A stretch of DNA of 64,000 bases from Bacteroidales bacterium (GTDB lineage: Bacteria > Bacteroidota > Bacteroidia > Bacteroidales > VadinHA17). The position numbers were made by a program, and so were the translations under genes. Shown here in pieces: positions 9,701 through 17,515 of this stretch. Where the stretch lies: contig JBFYPG010000021.1 in NCBI GenBank assembly GCA_041303415.1, positions 6,532 to 70,531 on the forward strand, in the 5' to 3' direction. The notes under the pieces are model-generated. The model was not told the DNA's origin. It worked only from the letters and a program-made list of their open reading frames with translations, and made no database searches. How positions within the stretch are numbered: position 1 is the first letter of the stretch; each line of letters opens with the position of its first letter.

Positions 9701-10224
9701 GTTACAGCAGGGATGACGTCGTGCTTGAAACAGGGAAAAGCATGGGTAACGGAGTGATAGATGACATCACGGATGTGATATACCTCGAACCCGAAAAATT
9801 CGATAATCTTCAGACACCCCTGATGGCTGACGAGATAGACAGGATAAACGAAAAAATGCTTAAAGAAGGCAGGCGATACGTGCTTATAGGCCCCGGAAGA
9901 TGGGGATCAAGGGATAAATTCATCGGCATACCTGTCGTTTGGTCCCAGATATCAAACGCAAAGATCATTGTTGAAATCAGCCTTCCCGATTTTCATGTTG
10001 ATGCCTCGCTGGGCTCCCATTTCTTCCATAATGTCATATCAATGAACGTAGGTTATTTCTCGATTAACCATTCCCTGCAGAACGGTACTGTCAACTGGGA
10101 CAAGCTAAAAGCTCAGGAAACCGTTGATAAGGGAATTTTCTTCAGGCATGTAAGGTTCGAAAAGCCCCTGCTGATAAGGATGGACGGGAAAAAGGGAATC
10201 GCAGTAATTACAATGAATCAATAA
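6781..10224 (+). CDS. Multidomain protein of unknown function: N-terminal sensor module + receiver-like domain + receiver (REC) + PEP/pyruvate-binding (PPDK_N-type ATP-grasp) domain + conserved C-terminal domain
   Basis: ATG at 6781 chosen because the listed start at 6691 overlaps korB. REC signature RVILIVEDSAEY...CIISDMRFP. ATP-grasp signatures GGSLGGKGRGLAF and LAVRSSSLFEDS..QPFAGIF. The C-terminal block YVLIGPGRWGSRD..IGIPVVW is shared with the next gene. No GG.TSH phosphohistidine motif was seen. Confidence 0.6.
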   Translation: MDGNNHITPEYRKLLHDQQERLKELGCINQTTYILKEGKPIEETLQQIVLLLPAAWQYPDYTSARIKFRDKNFETPDFQETAWKMAQEFMTIDDEKGAIEVFYTREFTVENEGPFLKEERDLIRNIASLVTGYINSYKARDFIRMTKAPREEEDISNVSSRKLLQKFLERHNAERDVFHDLQPFKVKEILLVANLYDAYSIEGEGRFADHILGEYYQLSLTSLPRVTGVSSEEEAFNKLRSRHYDMIIIMIGIHKESPMLLCKKIKDKYPYMPTFLLLNNPEDVPYVRKQKAGGIPFDNYFVWTGESKVFFAMVKLLEDMVNVENDTRKGLIRVILIVEDSAEYYSSYLPMLYTLVLEQTRNLIEDVSTDELYKVLRLRARPKILLASTWEDAITIYNNYKESLLCIISDMRFPRNGVMHDTAGFELIQQVKAELPNLPTVLQSADAENARYAYTLKSNFINKNSESLLQDLKSFINYYLGFGHFVYRDDKGRQIAVAKSMKEFESYLETVPEDSLAYHAMKNHFSLWLMARGEVKIAKLINPIKVTDFQSLTELRKFLLDIIRRRRREMNKGRVVNFEESVTIDETNVVSLSGGSLGGKGRGLAFINTLIYSFELGRLLPGIRIKAPVTAIIGTDEFDMFMERNHLWDTIKEERAYTLLQKLFLTANLSYTLEKKLRMFLRQTEKPLAVRSSSLFEDSMNQPFAGIFRTYLLPNNHADFDVRLRQLSDAIKLVFCSIYSKNARTYFEAINYKIEQEKMAVVLQEVVGNRFEDAFYPHISGTAQSYNFYPVAHMRPEEGFAVMAVGLGHYVVEGEKAFRFSPAYPATDILSHHDQSENSQVHFYAVDMAKKDLNLLEGENAGLVSLDIGKAEQHGTLSHSASVYNVDNDTLVAGLDIPGPRVVNFADILKYNYAPLASTIRTILDVVTEATGNPSEIEFAMDLTRDKDGHTSFYLLQIKPLIGTIAGYDIEPGSYSRDDVVLETGKSMGNGVIDDITDVIYLEPEKFDNLQTPLMADEIDRINEKMLKEGRRYVLIGPGRWGSRDKFIGIPVVWSQISNAKIIVEISLPDFHVDASLGSHFFHNVISMNVGYFSINHSLQNGTVNWDKLKAQETVDKGIFFRHVRFEKPLLIRMDGKKGIAVITMNQ

Positions 10225-10235
10225 AAAGTTGTAAA

Positions 10236-13208
10236 ATGACCATTATAGAAGGGATTCTTGATCTTCAGAAATACGATTTCACCGACACATCTTTCAACCT
10301 GCTAATGCAGAAAAGAATCCATAAGGTTCTTATAATATGCAGTAATTATGATAATTACATGCTTGAGGAAGACGGCAGGATCGATGAGCAGATCTTCAAT
10401 GAGTATGTGTCGCTTAATCTGAGGTATCCCCCCATTTTTGTACAGACCGACAATGCTGATGATGCGTTCGGAATGCTTCAGGCCGGCGATGTTGACCTCG
10501 TGATATCGATGGTAAGCCTGAAGGGCACAGATGTTTTTGCACTGGCAAAAAGGATCAAGGAACAATATCATTATATTCCTATTGTAGTTCTTACATATTT
10601 TTCAAGGGAGGTTTCCTTAAGGCTTGAGGGCGAGGACCTGAGTGCCATTGACTATGTTTTCTGCTGGCTGGGCGATGCTGCGCTCATACTGGCGATAATC
10701 AAGCTTATTGAAGACAAGATGAATGCCGAACACGACATAGAAAGCATAGGGGTTCAGGCTATAATTCTTGTAGAGAATTCAATAAGATACATCTCTTCGT
10801 ACCTTCCGAACCTCTACAGGATCGTACTGATGCAGTCGCTCGACTTTCAGCGGGAAGCACTGAATGAGCATCAGCGGATGCTGAAAATGAGAGGCCGTCC
10901 GAAGATACTTCTCGCCACCAACTTCAACGATGCGGTGACACTGTATATTAAATATAAGTATAATGTACTTGGTGTAATTTCCGATATCAGCTATAAGAAA
11001 GATGGCGTTCAGGATGAGAATGCCGGCATAGAGCTGTGCAAAGTGGTGATGGCCGATGATGATAAAGTGCCCTTCCTTCTACAGTCATCAAGCTCTGAGC
11101 ACAGGAGGTTTGCAGAGGAGCTCGGCGCTGGCTTCATCAACAAATATTCCAAGTCACTCTCCCTGGAGCTGAGGAATTTTATCATCCAGAACCTGGCTTT
11201 TGGGCCGTTCGTATTCAAGAACCCCGATACAATGGAGCCGATAGCAATTGCTACCGACCTCCAGAGCCTTCAGCAGAAGTTACTGACCATCCCCGATAAT
11301 TCACTTGATTATCATGCGACCAGGAACCACTTTTCCAAATGGCTTAATGCCAGGGCTTTATTCCCTGTAGCCCAGATGTTCAAGTATATCCGAAAGGAAG
11401 ATTTTGATACGATGGATGAGATGAGGAGGTTCCTCTACGTAGCCATCTCAAGCTTCAGGCTTGGAAAAGGCAGGGGTGTGATTGCCAAGTTTGACAAGTC
11501 AACTTTCGATGAATACCAGATATTTTCACGGATTGGTGAGGGCTCAATTGGAGGGAAAGCGCGAGGGCTTGCATTCATAAACAAGATGATCAAGAACAAC
11601 AAGCTTTTCAACAAGTTCCCTGATGTGCTGATTACGATTCCGAGAACTGTTGTGCTGAGCACAGACATCTTCGATGAGTTCATGGATCATAACAACCTCT
11701 ATTCAGTAGCACTCTCCGATCTTTCCGACGATGAGATACTTAACCGTTTCATAAATGCCGAGCTGCCCGGGAGGGTTTACCAGGATTTTTATGCTTTTCT
11801 CGCTGTATCAAGAAGCCATCCCCTGGCAGTGCGCTCTTCAAGCAAACTGGAAGACTCACATTACCAGCCTTTTGCAGGAGTCTATTCAACTTATATGATA
11901 CCACGGCTCCCCGACAACAAACTTATGGTAAAAATGCTGTCGGATGCCATCAAGGAGGTTTATGCTTCAGTCTATTACAAGGCAAGCAAGGCATATATGA
12001 CCGCAACCTCCAATGTTATTGATGAAGAAAAAATGGGCATCGTCCTTCAGGAAGTCTGCGGGAACAGGCACGGCGATATCTTTTATCCGACAATCTCGGG
12101 TGTGGCCCAGTCAATAAATTATTATCCTATCGGTTCCGAAAAAGCAGAAGACGGCATAGCTAATGTCGCATTCGGGCTTGGAAAACTGATCGTTGAGGGA
12201 GGCATGTCGCTGCGCTTCTGTCCCCGCCACCCGAAAAAAACACTTCAACTTTCGTCTCCTGAGGTGGCTCTCAGAAATACGCAGAAAGAGTTCCGTGCCC
12301 TTGATCTGAATATGAGCAGCTTTGTGCCGTCGACTGACGACGGGATAAATATTCCACGGATCGATATAAGGGATGCCAACAACGACGGAGCTATGAAATA
12401 CATTGCCTCCACCTATGACATACAGAACAATGTGCTTCATGACGGAATATTGCATCCGGGCAACAGGGTAATTACATTTTCAGGGATTCTGGAGCATAAA
12501 TCTTTCCCCCTTGCCGATATACTTACCACCCTTCTTGATCTCGGCCAGAGGGAGATGAACAATCCTATTGAAATTGAATTTGCAGTGAACCTTGAAACGC
12601 CCCCCGGCACTCCAAAGGTTTTTAACTTTCTGCAGATCAGGCCAATAGTTCATTCGGAGGAAACATACAACATTAATCTTGAGAAGACTAGCTCAGGGGA
12701 TTCCATAATATTTTCAGAATCGGCTTTGGGCAATGGTGTTTTCAAGGGGATACATGACCTCGTTTATGTCAAGCCTGAATCATTCAACGCATCCCAAAAC
12801 AAGTCCGTTGCCGGGATAATTGAGAATCTGAATTCTTCATTTGTCAGGGAAGCCCGGGGTTATGTGCTTATAGGGCCAGGCAGATGGGGATCGACAGATC
12901 CCTGGCTGGGGATACCGGTCAAATGGCCTCAGATATCGGCAGCCAGGATAATTGTGGAATCCGGGCTTAAGAATTACAGGATAGATCCAAGCCAGGGTAC
13001 ACATTTCTTCCAGAACCTTACATCATTCGGGGTAGGTTACCTTACGATAAATCCTTACATCAATGAAGGATATTATGATGTCGATTACCTCAACAGGCTC
13101 GATGTGGTTTATGAAGACAGTTTCATCCGCCACATCCGTTTCGATAAGCCGCTGGAGATCATGATCGATGGCAGAAGGCACAAGGGAGCGATAATGAAGC
13201 CGGTATAA
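10236..13208 (+). CDS. Paralog of the preceding gene, lacking the N-terminal sensor module: receiver-like domain + REC-like domain + PPDK_N-type ATP-grasp domain + conserved C-terminal domain
   Basis: Collinear blocks with the upstream protein: AIILVENSIRYISSYLP, RPKILLAT, VISDISY, NSLDYHATRNHFSKWL, GGKARGLAFIN, LAVRSSSKLEDS..QPFAGVY, and YVLIGPGRWGSTDPWLGIPVKW...GTHFFQN. Confidence 0.6.
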   Translation: MTIIEGILDLQKYDFTDTSFNLLMQKRIHKVLIICSNYDNYMLEEDGRIDEQIFNEYVSLNLRYPPIFVQTDNADDAFGMLQAGDVDLVISMVSLKGTDVFALAKRIKEQYHYIPIVVLTYFSREVSLRLEGEDLSAIDYVFCWLGDAALILAIIKLIEDKMNAEHDIESIGVQAIILVENSIRYISSYLPNLYRIVLMQSLDFQREALNEHQRMLKMRGRPKILLATNFNDAVTLYIKYKYNVLGVISDISYKKDGVQDENAGIELCKVVMADDDKVPFLLQSSSSEHRRFAEELGAGFINKYSKSLSLELRNFIIQNLAFGPFVFKNPDTMEPIAIATDLQSLQQKLLTIPDNSLDYHATRNHFSKWLNARALFPVAQMFKYIRKEDFDTMDEMRRFLYVAISSFRLGKGRGVIAKFDKSTFDEYQIFSRIGEGSIGGKARGLAFINKMIKNNKLFNKFPDVLITIPRTVVLSTDIFDEFMDHNNLYSVALSDLSDDEILNRFINAELPGRVYQDFYAFLAVSRSHPLAVRSSSKLEDSHYQPFAGVYSTYMIPRLPDNKLMVKMLSDAIKEVYASVYYKASKAYMTATSNVIDEEKMGIVLQEVCGNRHGDIFYPTISGVAQSINYYPIGSEKAEDGIANVAFGLGKLIVEGGMSLRFCPRHPKKTLQLSSPEVALRNTQKEFRALDLNMSSFVPSTDDGINIPRIDIRDANNDGAMKYIASTYDIQNNVLHDGILHPGNRVITFSGILEHKSFPLADILTTLLDLGQREMNNPIEIEFAVNLETPPGTPKVFNFLQIRPIVHSEETYNINLEKTSSGDSIIFSESALGNGVFKGIHDLVYVKPESFNASQNKSVAGIIENLNSSFVREARGYVLIGPGRWGSTDPWLGIPVKWPQISAARIIVESGLKNYRIDPSQGTHFFQNLTSFGVGYLTINPYINEGYYDVDYLNRLDVVYEDSFIRHIRFDKPLEIMIDGRRHKGAIMKPV

Positions 13209-13226
13209 TAACGGCTCAACAGCTTG

Positions 13227-13254
13227 CCCCGTCCCGAGTCCTCGGGATCGGGGG
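13227..13254. terminator. GC-rich imperfect hairpin between convergent genes (possible bidirectional terminator)
   Basis: CCCCGTCCCGAG-TC-CTCGGGATCGGGG lies between the stop at 13208 (+) and the fabD stop at 13274 (-). A T5 run follows at 13271-13275. Confidence 0.4.
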
Positions 13255-13273
13255 CGTAACGGTACAACTGTTT

Positions 13274-14158
13274 TTATTTCAGTACAGCAGAATCGGTCGG
13301 GATATCTTTATTTACTTTTTTGATCAGTCCCTGTAATATAGTTCCTGGGCCTGCTTCAGTAAACGAGGTTGCTCCGTCTGCTATCATGTTTATAATTGTT
13401 TGTGTCCATCTTACCGGTGATGTAAGCTGATCAACCAGGTTTTTCATTATAACTGCCGGATCAGTGAATGGACTGGCATTTACATTCTGATAAACAGGGC
13501 ATTGAGGTTTGCTGAAGTGAGTTGCCCTAATGGCATCCTCGAGTTCGGCTCTGGCAGGTTCCATCAATGGTGAATGGAAGGCTCCCCCGACAGATAATTT
13601 AATGGCACGCCTGATACCTTTTTCCTTAAGGGCTTCGATGGCCTTGTCAATTCCTTCATTTGAGCCGGAGATAACTATCTGCCCCGGACTGTTATAGTTG
13701 GCCGGAACAACAATTTCAGGAACTGAAGCGCATACTTCCTCAACAATTTTGTCATCGGCGCCCAGAATTGCCGCCATCGACGATGGATTTTTTTCGCAGG
13801 CCCTTTGCATGGCCATGGCTCTTTTGAAAACCAGAATGAGTCCGTCTTCGAATGTGAGTGCCTTACAGGCAACAAGGGCCGAGAACTCTCCGAGTGAATG
13901 ACCGGCGGCCATATCAGGGGCAAATGCATTGCCGGTAACTATTGCAAGGATTGCTGAGTGCAGGAATATGGCTGGCTGTGTAACGCGTGTCTGCCGCAGA
14001 TCTTCATCTGTACCGCTGAACATGATATCGGTGATCCTGAATCCCAGCAGTTCATTGGCTTTTTCAAACAGTTCCCTGCCGGCGGCAGATCTTTCATAGA
14101 GGTCTTGGCCCATGCCCGGGAACTGAGCTCCCTGGCCGGGGAATACGTATGCTTTCAT
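13274..14158 (-). CDS. fabD: Malonyl-CoA:ACP transacylase
   Basis: Motifs FPGQGAQ, GHSLGEFSAL (active-site Ser) and GGAFHSPLM. 294 aa. Confidence 0.9.
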   Translation of the reverse strand: MKAYVFPGQGAQFPGMGQDLYERSAAGRELFEKANELLGFRITDIMFSGTDEDLRQTRVTQPAIFLHSAILAIVTGNAFAPDMAAGHSLGEFSALVACKALTFEDGLILVFKRAMAMQRACEKNPSSMAAILGADDKIVEEVCASVPEIVVPANYNSPGQIVISGSNEGIDKAIEALKEKGIRRAIKLSVGGAFHSPLMEPARAELEDAIRATHFSKPQCPVYQNVNASPFTDPAVIMKNLVDQLTSPVRWTQTIINMIADGATSFTEAGPGTILQGLIKKVNKDIPTDSAVLK

Positions 14159-14213
14159 AATCGGTTAACAAAATGGAGGCCTTAGCCGGCCGGCTGCAAA
14201 AATAAAAAAATTA

Positions 14214-14861
14214 TCAATGCAGCCTCGATCCGATAAGATGAACAAATTCCTCGCGGGTATTGATATTCTCCAGGAATATGCCTGTAAAAGCCGAAGTCGT
14301 TGTCACGGAATTCTGTTTCTGGACTCCTCTGATCATCATGCAAAGGTGCTGGGCTTCAATGACTACTGCGACGCCTAGCGGATTGAGGCATTCCTGTATG
14401 CAGTTTCTTATCTGTGTCGTCAGTCTTTCCTGAACCTGGAGCCTCCGGCTGAAAGCCTCTACCACCCTGGCTATCTTGCTTAAACCGGTTATTTGGCCAT
14501 CAGGAATATAAGCTACATGAGCCTTGCCGAAAAAGGGAAGCATGTGGTGCTCGCACATCGAGTAAAGATCGATGTCCTTTACAATCACCATCTGCCGGTA
14601 TTCTTCCCTGAATTTTGCAGAGTTAATAATATCACAGGGATTGATGGAATAACCGTTGGTAAGGAAATGAAGTGCCTTTGAAACTCTCTCTGGTGTTTTT
14701 ATAAGGCCTTCCCGGCCCGGATCCTCGCCTAACAGCTCAAGTATCCTTTTGTACATGGAAGAGAGCTCTTTAATGTTTGATTCATCCCATTTTTCGATTC
14801 TTGTATAACCGTTATTTGCGTTTTTCACCTCGCAGTTTTCCGATTTCTTTATTTCAGCCAT
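14214..14861 (-). CDS. folE: GTP cyclohydrolase I
   Basis: Motifs [10 protein letters not shown] and [13 protein letters not shown] at 14861 is preferred over the TTG at 14894 and gives an ATGGCTGA start/stop overlap with queD. Confidence 0.85.
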   Translation of the reverse strand: MAEIKKSENCEVKNANNGYTRIEKWDESNIKELSSMYKRILELLGEDPGREGLIKTPERVSKALHFLTNGYSINPCDIINSAKFREEYRQMVIVKDIDLYSMCEHHMLPFFGKAHVAYIPDGQITGLSKIARVVEAFSRRLQVQERLTTQIRNCIQECLNPLGVAVVIEAQHLCMMIRGVQKQNSVTTTSAFTGIFLENINTREEFVHLIGSRLH

Positions 14862-15264
14862 AATACTCGATATAATTGTTTTCCGTTTCTTCAATTTTCA
14901 CGCAGTGCAGCTCGGCACCCTCTTTTTCAACCGGCAAACGAAGTTCATTCCAGATTGCAACCGCAAGATTTTCTGTCGTTGCAATCTTCCCCTTCATGAA
15001 ATCAACTTCAAGATTGATGTTCTTATGATCGATTTTTGAGATTACCTTTTCCTGGATAATTCTCTTGAGCGTATCGATATTCAGTACAAATCCATGACTG
15101 TCAGATGGTTCTCCTTTTATTGTCACCCACAGGATATAATTATGACCATGCCAGTTTACATTTGAACATTTGCCGAAAACCTCACTGTTCCTCTCATCTG
15201 ACCAGTCAGGCCTGAACATCCGGTGCGCAGCGCTGAACCTTTCCCTGCGTGTAAGATAGATCAT
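14854..15264 (-). CDS. queD: 6-carboxytetrahydropterin synthase / 6-pyruvoyl-tetrahydropterin synthase family
   Basis: 136 aa. Motifs FSAAHR and NWHGHNY (Zn-binding His). Translationally coupled to folE. Confidence 0.8.
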   Translation of the reverse strand: MIYLTRRERFSAAHRMFRPDWSDERNSEVFGKCSNVNWHGHNYILWVTIKGEPSDSHGFVLNIDTLKRIIQEKVISKIDHKNINLEVDFMKGKIATTENLAVAIWNELRLPVEKEGAELHCVKIEETENNYIEYYG

Positions 15265-15340
15265 ATGCAGTGGTGTTTTATTTACAATAATAACCTTTAA
15301 AGTTAAGATTTTTTATGGTTTTATGTAATATATTTATGCA

Positions 15341-15398
15341 GTTGAAAGGTTGAAGGGTGTTGAAGAGGGTTGAAGGAGGTTGAAGGATGTTGAAGAAA
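15341..15398. repeat. Tandem oligomer repeat, six GTTGAAG-core units (period 8 then 10 nt) running into the mqnB start
   Basis: The units are gttgaaag / gttgaagggt / gttgaagagg / gttgaaggag / gttgaaggat / gttgaagaaa. The mqnB ATG (15387) lies inside unit 5, and AAGGAGG (15373-15379) lies in unit 4. Confidence 0.85.
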
Positions 15399-16058
15399 GT
15401 TCTGATAGTAGCTGCAACTGAGAGTGAGGCTGATGCCCTGAGGATGATTTCAGGCATGATTAAGGTTGAAAATTGCTTCCGGTTCGGAAACCTGGAGATA
15501 GATCTTCTTGTGACTGGTGTTGGTTCTGTCTCCACATCATGGGCCATGATGAAATGGTTTTCTTCGAATCCCGGACCGGAACTGGCCATTAACATTGGCA
15601 TAGCAGGAAGTTACAGCCACGATATTGCAGTTGGGGATGTTGTTGCACCGGTTTCCGACTGCTTTGCCGATTCAGGCGTGGAAACAGAAGATGGCTTCAT
15701 CACTCTTTATGAGGCAGGCATGGGCGATCCTTTCGTGAGAGGAGGAAAGATGGTTTCAGACAATATTTACACCACGGTTCTCATGAAAATGCTGAGGCCG
15801 GTTTCTGCAGTTACTGTAAATACTGTTACCGGATCAGCTGATACGATACGAAAGATCACGGGAAAATTTAATCCCGGAATCGAAACCATGGAGGGCGCTA
15901 CTTTTTTTTATATTTGCCTGCGGGAAAAAATCCCCTTTGTTTCTTTACGGTCCATTTCGAACAGAGTAGAGCCCAGGAACAGGAAAAAGTGGGATATACA
16001 TCTGGCTGTCGGCAATTTATCAGAGAAGCTCAGGGATTTCCTTATAATGGTTGAATGA
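15387..16058 (+). CDS. mqnB: Futalosine hydrolase (PNP/UDP-1 nucleosidase fold)
   Basis: 223 aa. Blocks LIVAATESEA, TGVGSV, GIAGSY, VNTVTGS and ETMEGATFFY...LRSISNRV are typical of MqnB/MTA-nucleosidase-like enzymes. Immediately followed by mqnD. Confidence 0.7.
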   Translation: MLKKVLIVAATESEADALRMISGMIKVENCFRFGNLEIDLLVTGVGSVSTSWAMMKWFSSNPGPELAINIGIAGSYSHDIAVGDVVAPVSDCFADSGVETEDGFITLYEAGMGDPFVRGGKMVSDNIYTTVLMKMLRPVSAVTVNTVTGSADTIRKITGKFNPGIETMEGATFFYICLREKIPFVSLRSISNRVEPRNRKKWDIHLAVGNLSEKLRDFLIMVE

Positions 16059-16062
16059 AATT

Positions 16063-16914
16063 ATGAAACTGACACTGGGATTCTCGCCATGCCCTAACGA
16101 CACCTTCATTTTCGATGCAATGGTGCATGGGAGAATAGATACGGAAGGGCTTGAGTTCGATTATTTCATGACAGATATAGAAGAACTCAATACCAGGGCA
16201 TTATCAGGAGATGTTGATATTACCAAATTGAGCCTGCTGGCTTTTGCGCTTGCATCACATAACTATCTTATACTTGATTCAGGAAGTGCCATTGGCCACA
16301 GAAACGGACCTCTGCTGATAACCAAAAAACAGATCGACCTGAAAGATATAGCCTCAGCCAGGATAGCTATTCCGGGAAAAAACACTACTGCCAATATGCT
16401 CTTTACTATTTTCTGGCCTGAAGCGGCAAATAAAAAAGAGTTTATTTTTTCGGAGATTGAAGATGCCCTTCTCAGGGATGAAGCTGATGCCGGTCTTATA
16501 ATCCATGAAAAACGATTTACATATCATAAGAGAGGATTCCTGAAATTAGCCGACCTGGGGGAACAGTGGGAGAAGCTCACGAACCTTCCCATTCCGCTGG
16601 GTACAATCGCTATAAACCGCAGGATACCGGAAGAGACAGCGCTGAAGGTTAACCGTATCATTCACCGCAGCCTTGAGTACGCCTATCACGATTCACTTGC
16701 ATCATATGATTTCATTAGGGCAAATGCCCAGGAGATGGACAGTACAGTAATGAATAAGCATATCAAGCTGTTTGTAAATAAATACACTTCAAACCTCGGC
16801 AGGGAAGGGAAAAAAGCAATAAGCGAACTGTTAAGGCTGGCAAGAGGCAAAATGGAAATTCCGGATCTGCCTGAAAATATTTTCCTGACAGGCAATCGAT
16901 CAAGCACAATCTGA
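16063..16914 (+). CDS. mqnD: 1,4-dihydroxy-6-naphthoate synthase (futalosine pathway)
   Basis: The N-terminal LGFSPCPNDTFIFDAM motif is characteristic of MqnD. ~284 aa. ATG at 16063 lies 5 nt after the mqnB stop (the listed TTG at 16051 overlaps it). Confidence 0.75.
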   Translation: MKLTLGFSPCPNDTFIFDAMVHGRIDTEGLEFDYFMTDIEELNTRALSGDVDITKLSLLAFALASHNYLILDSGSAIGHRNGPLLITKKQIDLKDIASARIAIPGKNTTANMLFTIFWPEAANKKEFIFSEIEDALLRDEADAGLIIHEKRFTYHKRGFLKLADLGEQWEKLTNLPIPLGTIAINRRIPEETALKVNRIIHRSLEYAYHDSLASYDFIRANAQEMDSTVMNKHIKLFVNKYTSNLGREGKKAISELLRLARGKMEIPDLPENIFLTGNRSSTI

Positions 16915-16926
16915 TCAGTAAAAGAT

Positions 16927-17499
16927 ATGAAACTAAAAGAACTTATTGCCAGAACGCGTTCATACAGGCGGTTTGATGAATCGCACCGGATAGACTATAA
17001 AATACTTGAGGGTTTGATCGACCTGGCAAGGCTTTCCCCTTCAGGAGCCAACAGGCAGCCGCTTAAATTCGTATTGTTCAATTCAAAACGTGATTGTGAG
17101 AGACTCTTTCCTTCGCTTGTATGGGCTGCATATCTGAAAGACTGGGATGGCCCGGAAGCCGGAGAGAGGCCTTCAGGTTACATAATTATACTGGGTGATA
17201 AAACCATATCCGAAGGATTCGGAGTGGATCATGGAATTGCTGCCCAGAGTATCATGCTTGGCGTTAATGAAGCAGGTCTTGGAGGGTGCATGTTTGCCTC
17301 AATAAGGCGCGAACAGCTTCGAAACGAATTCAGTATACCTGAAAAATATGAGATCCTCCTGGTCCTTGCATTAGGCAAACCCATTGAAAATGTGATAATT
17401 GATGAAATTAACGATGGAGACGTCAGATACTGGAGAGACAAAAACAGTAACCATCATGTACCAAAGCGGCCCCTGAATGAGTTAATTGTTAAGCTGTAA
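16927..17499 (+). CDS. Nitroreductase-family flavoprotein
   Basis: 190 aa. Motifs RSYRRF and LARLSPSGANRQPLKF, typical of the nitroreductase fold. Confidence 0.75.
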   Translation: MKLKELIARTRSYRRFDESHRIDYKILEGLIDLARLSPSGANRQPLKFVLFNSKRDCERLFPSLVWAAYLKDWDGPEAGERPSGYIIILGDKTISEGFGVDHGIAAQSIMLGVNEAGLGGCMFASIRREQLRNEFSIPEKYEILLVLALGKPIENVIIDEINDGDVRYWRDKNSNHHVPKRPLNELIVKL

Positions 17500-17515
17500 C
17501 CGTAACCGGCAGGAA

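Noticed and set aside
14159-14213. The GCCGGCCGGC palindrome between fabD and folE as a terminator for folE.
   Set aside because: On the minus (transcribed) strand the T-run precedes rather than follows the GC palindrome, and the stem is only a self-complementary 10-mer. This is not a convincing intrinsic terminator.
14862-14894. The longer folE start (TTG at 14894, extra [11 protein letters not shown]).
   Set aside because: It would overlap queD by 41 nt. The ATG at 14861 gives the classic ATGnnTGA coupling and a normal-length GTP cyclohydrolase I.
15278-15601. A 107-aa minus-strand ORF upstream of and overlapping mqnB.
   Set aside because: Its core (LQPPSTLFNTLQPFN) is simply the GTTGAAG tandem repeat translated, and the rest is antisense to mqnB.
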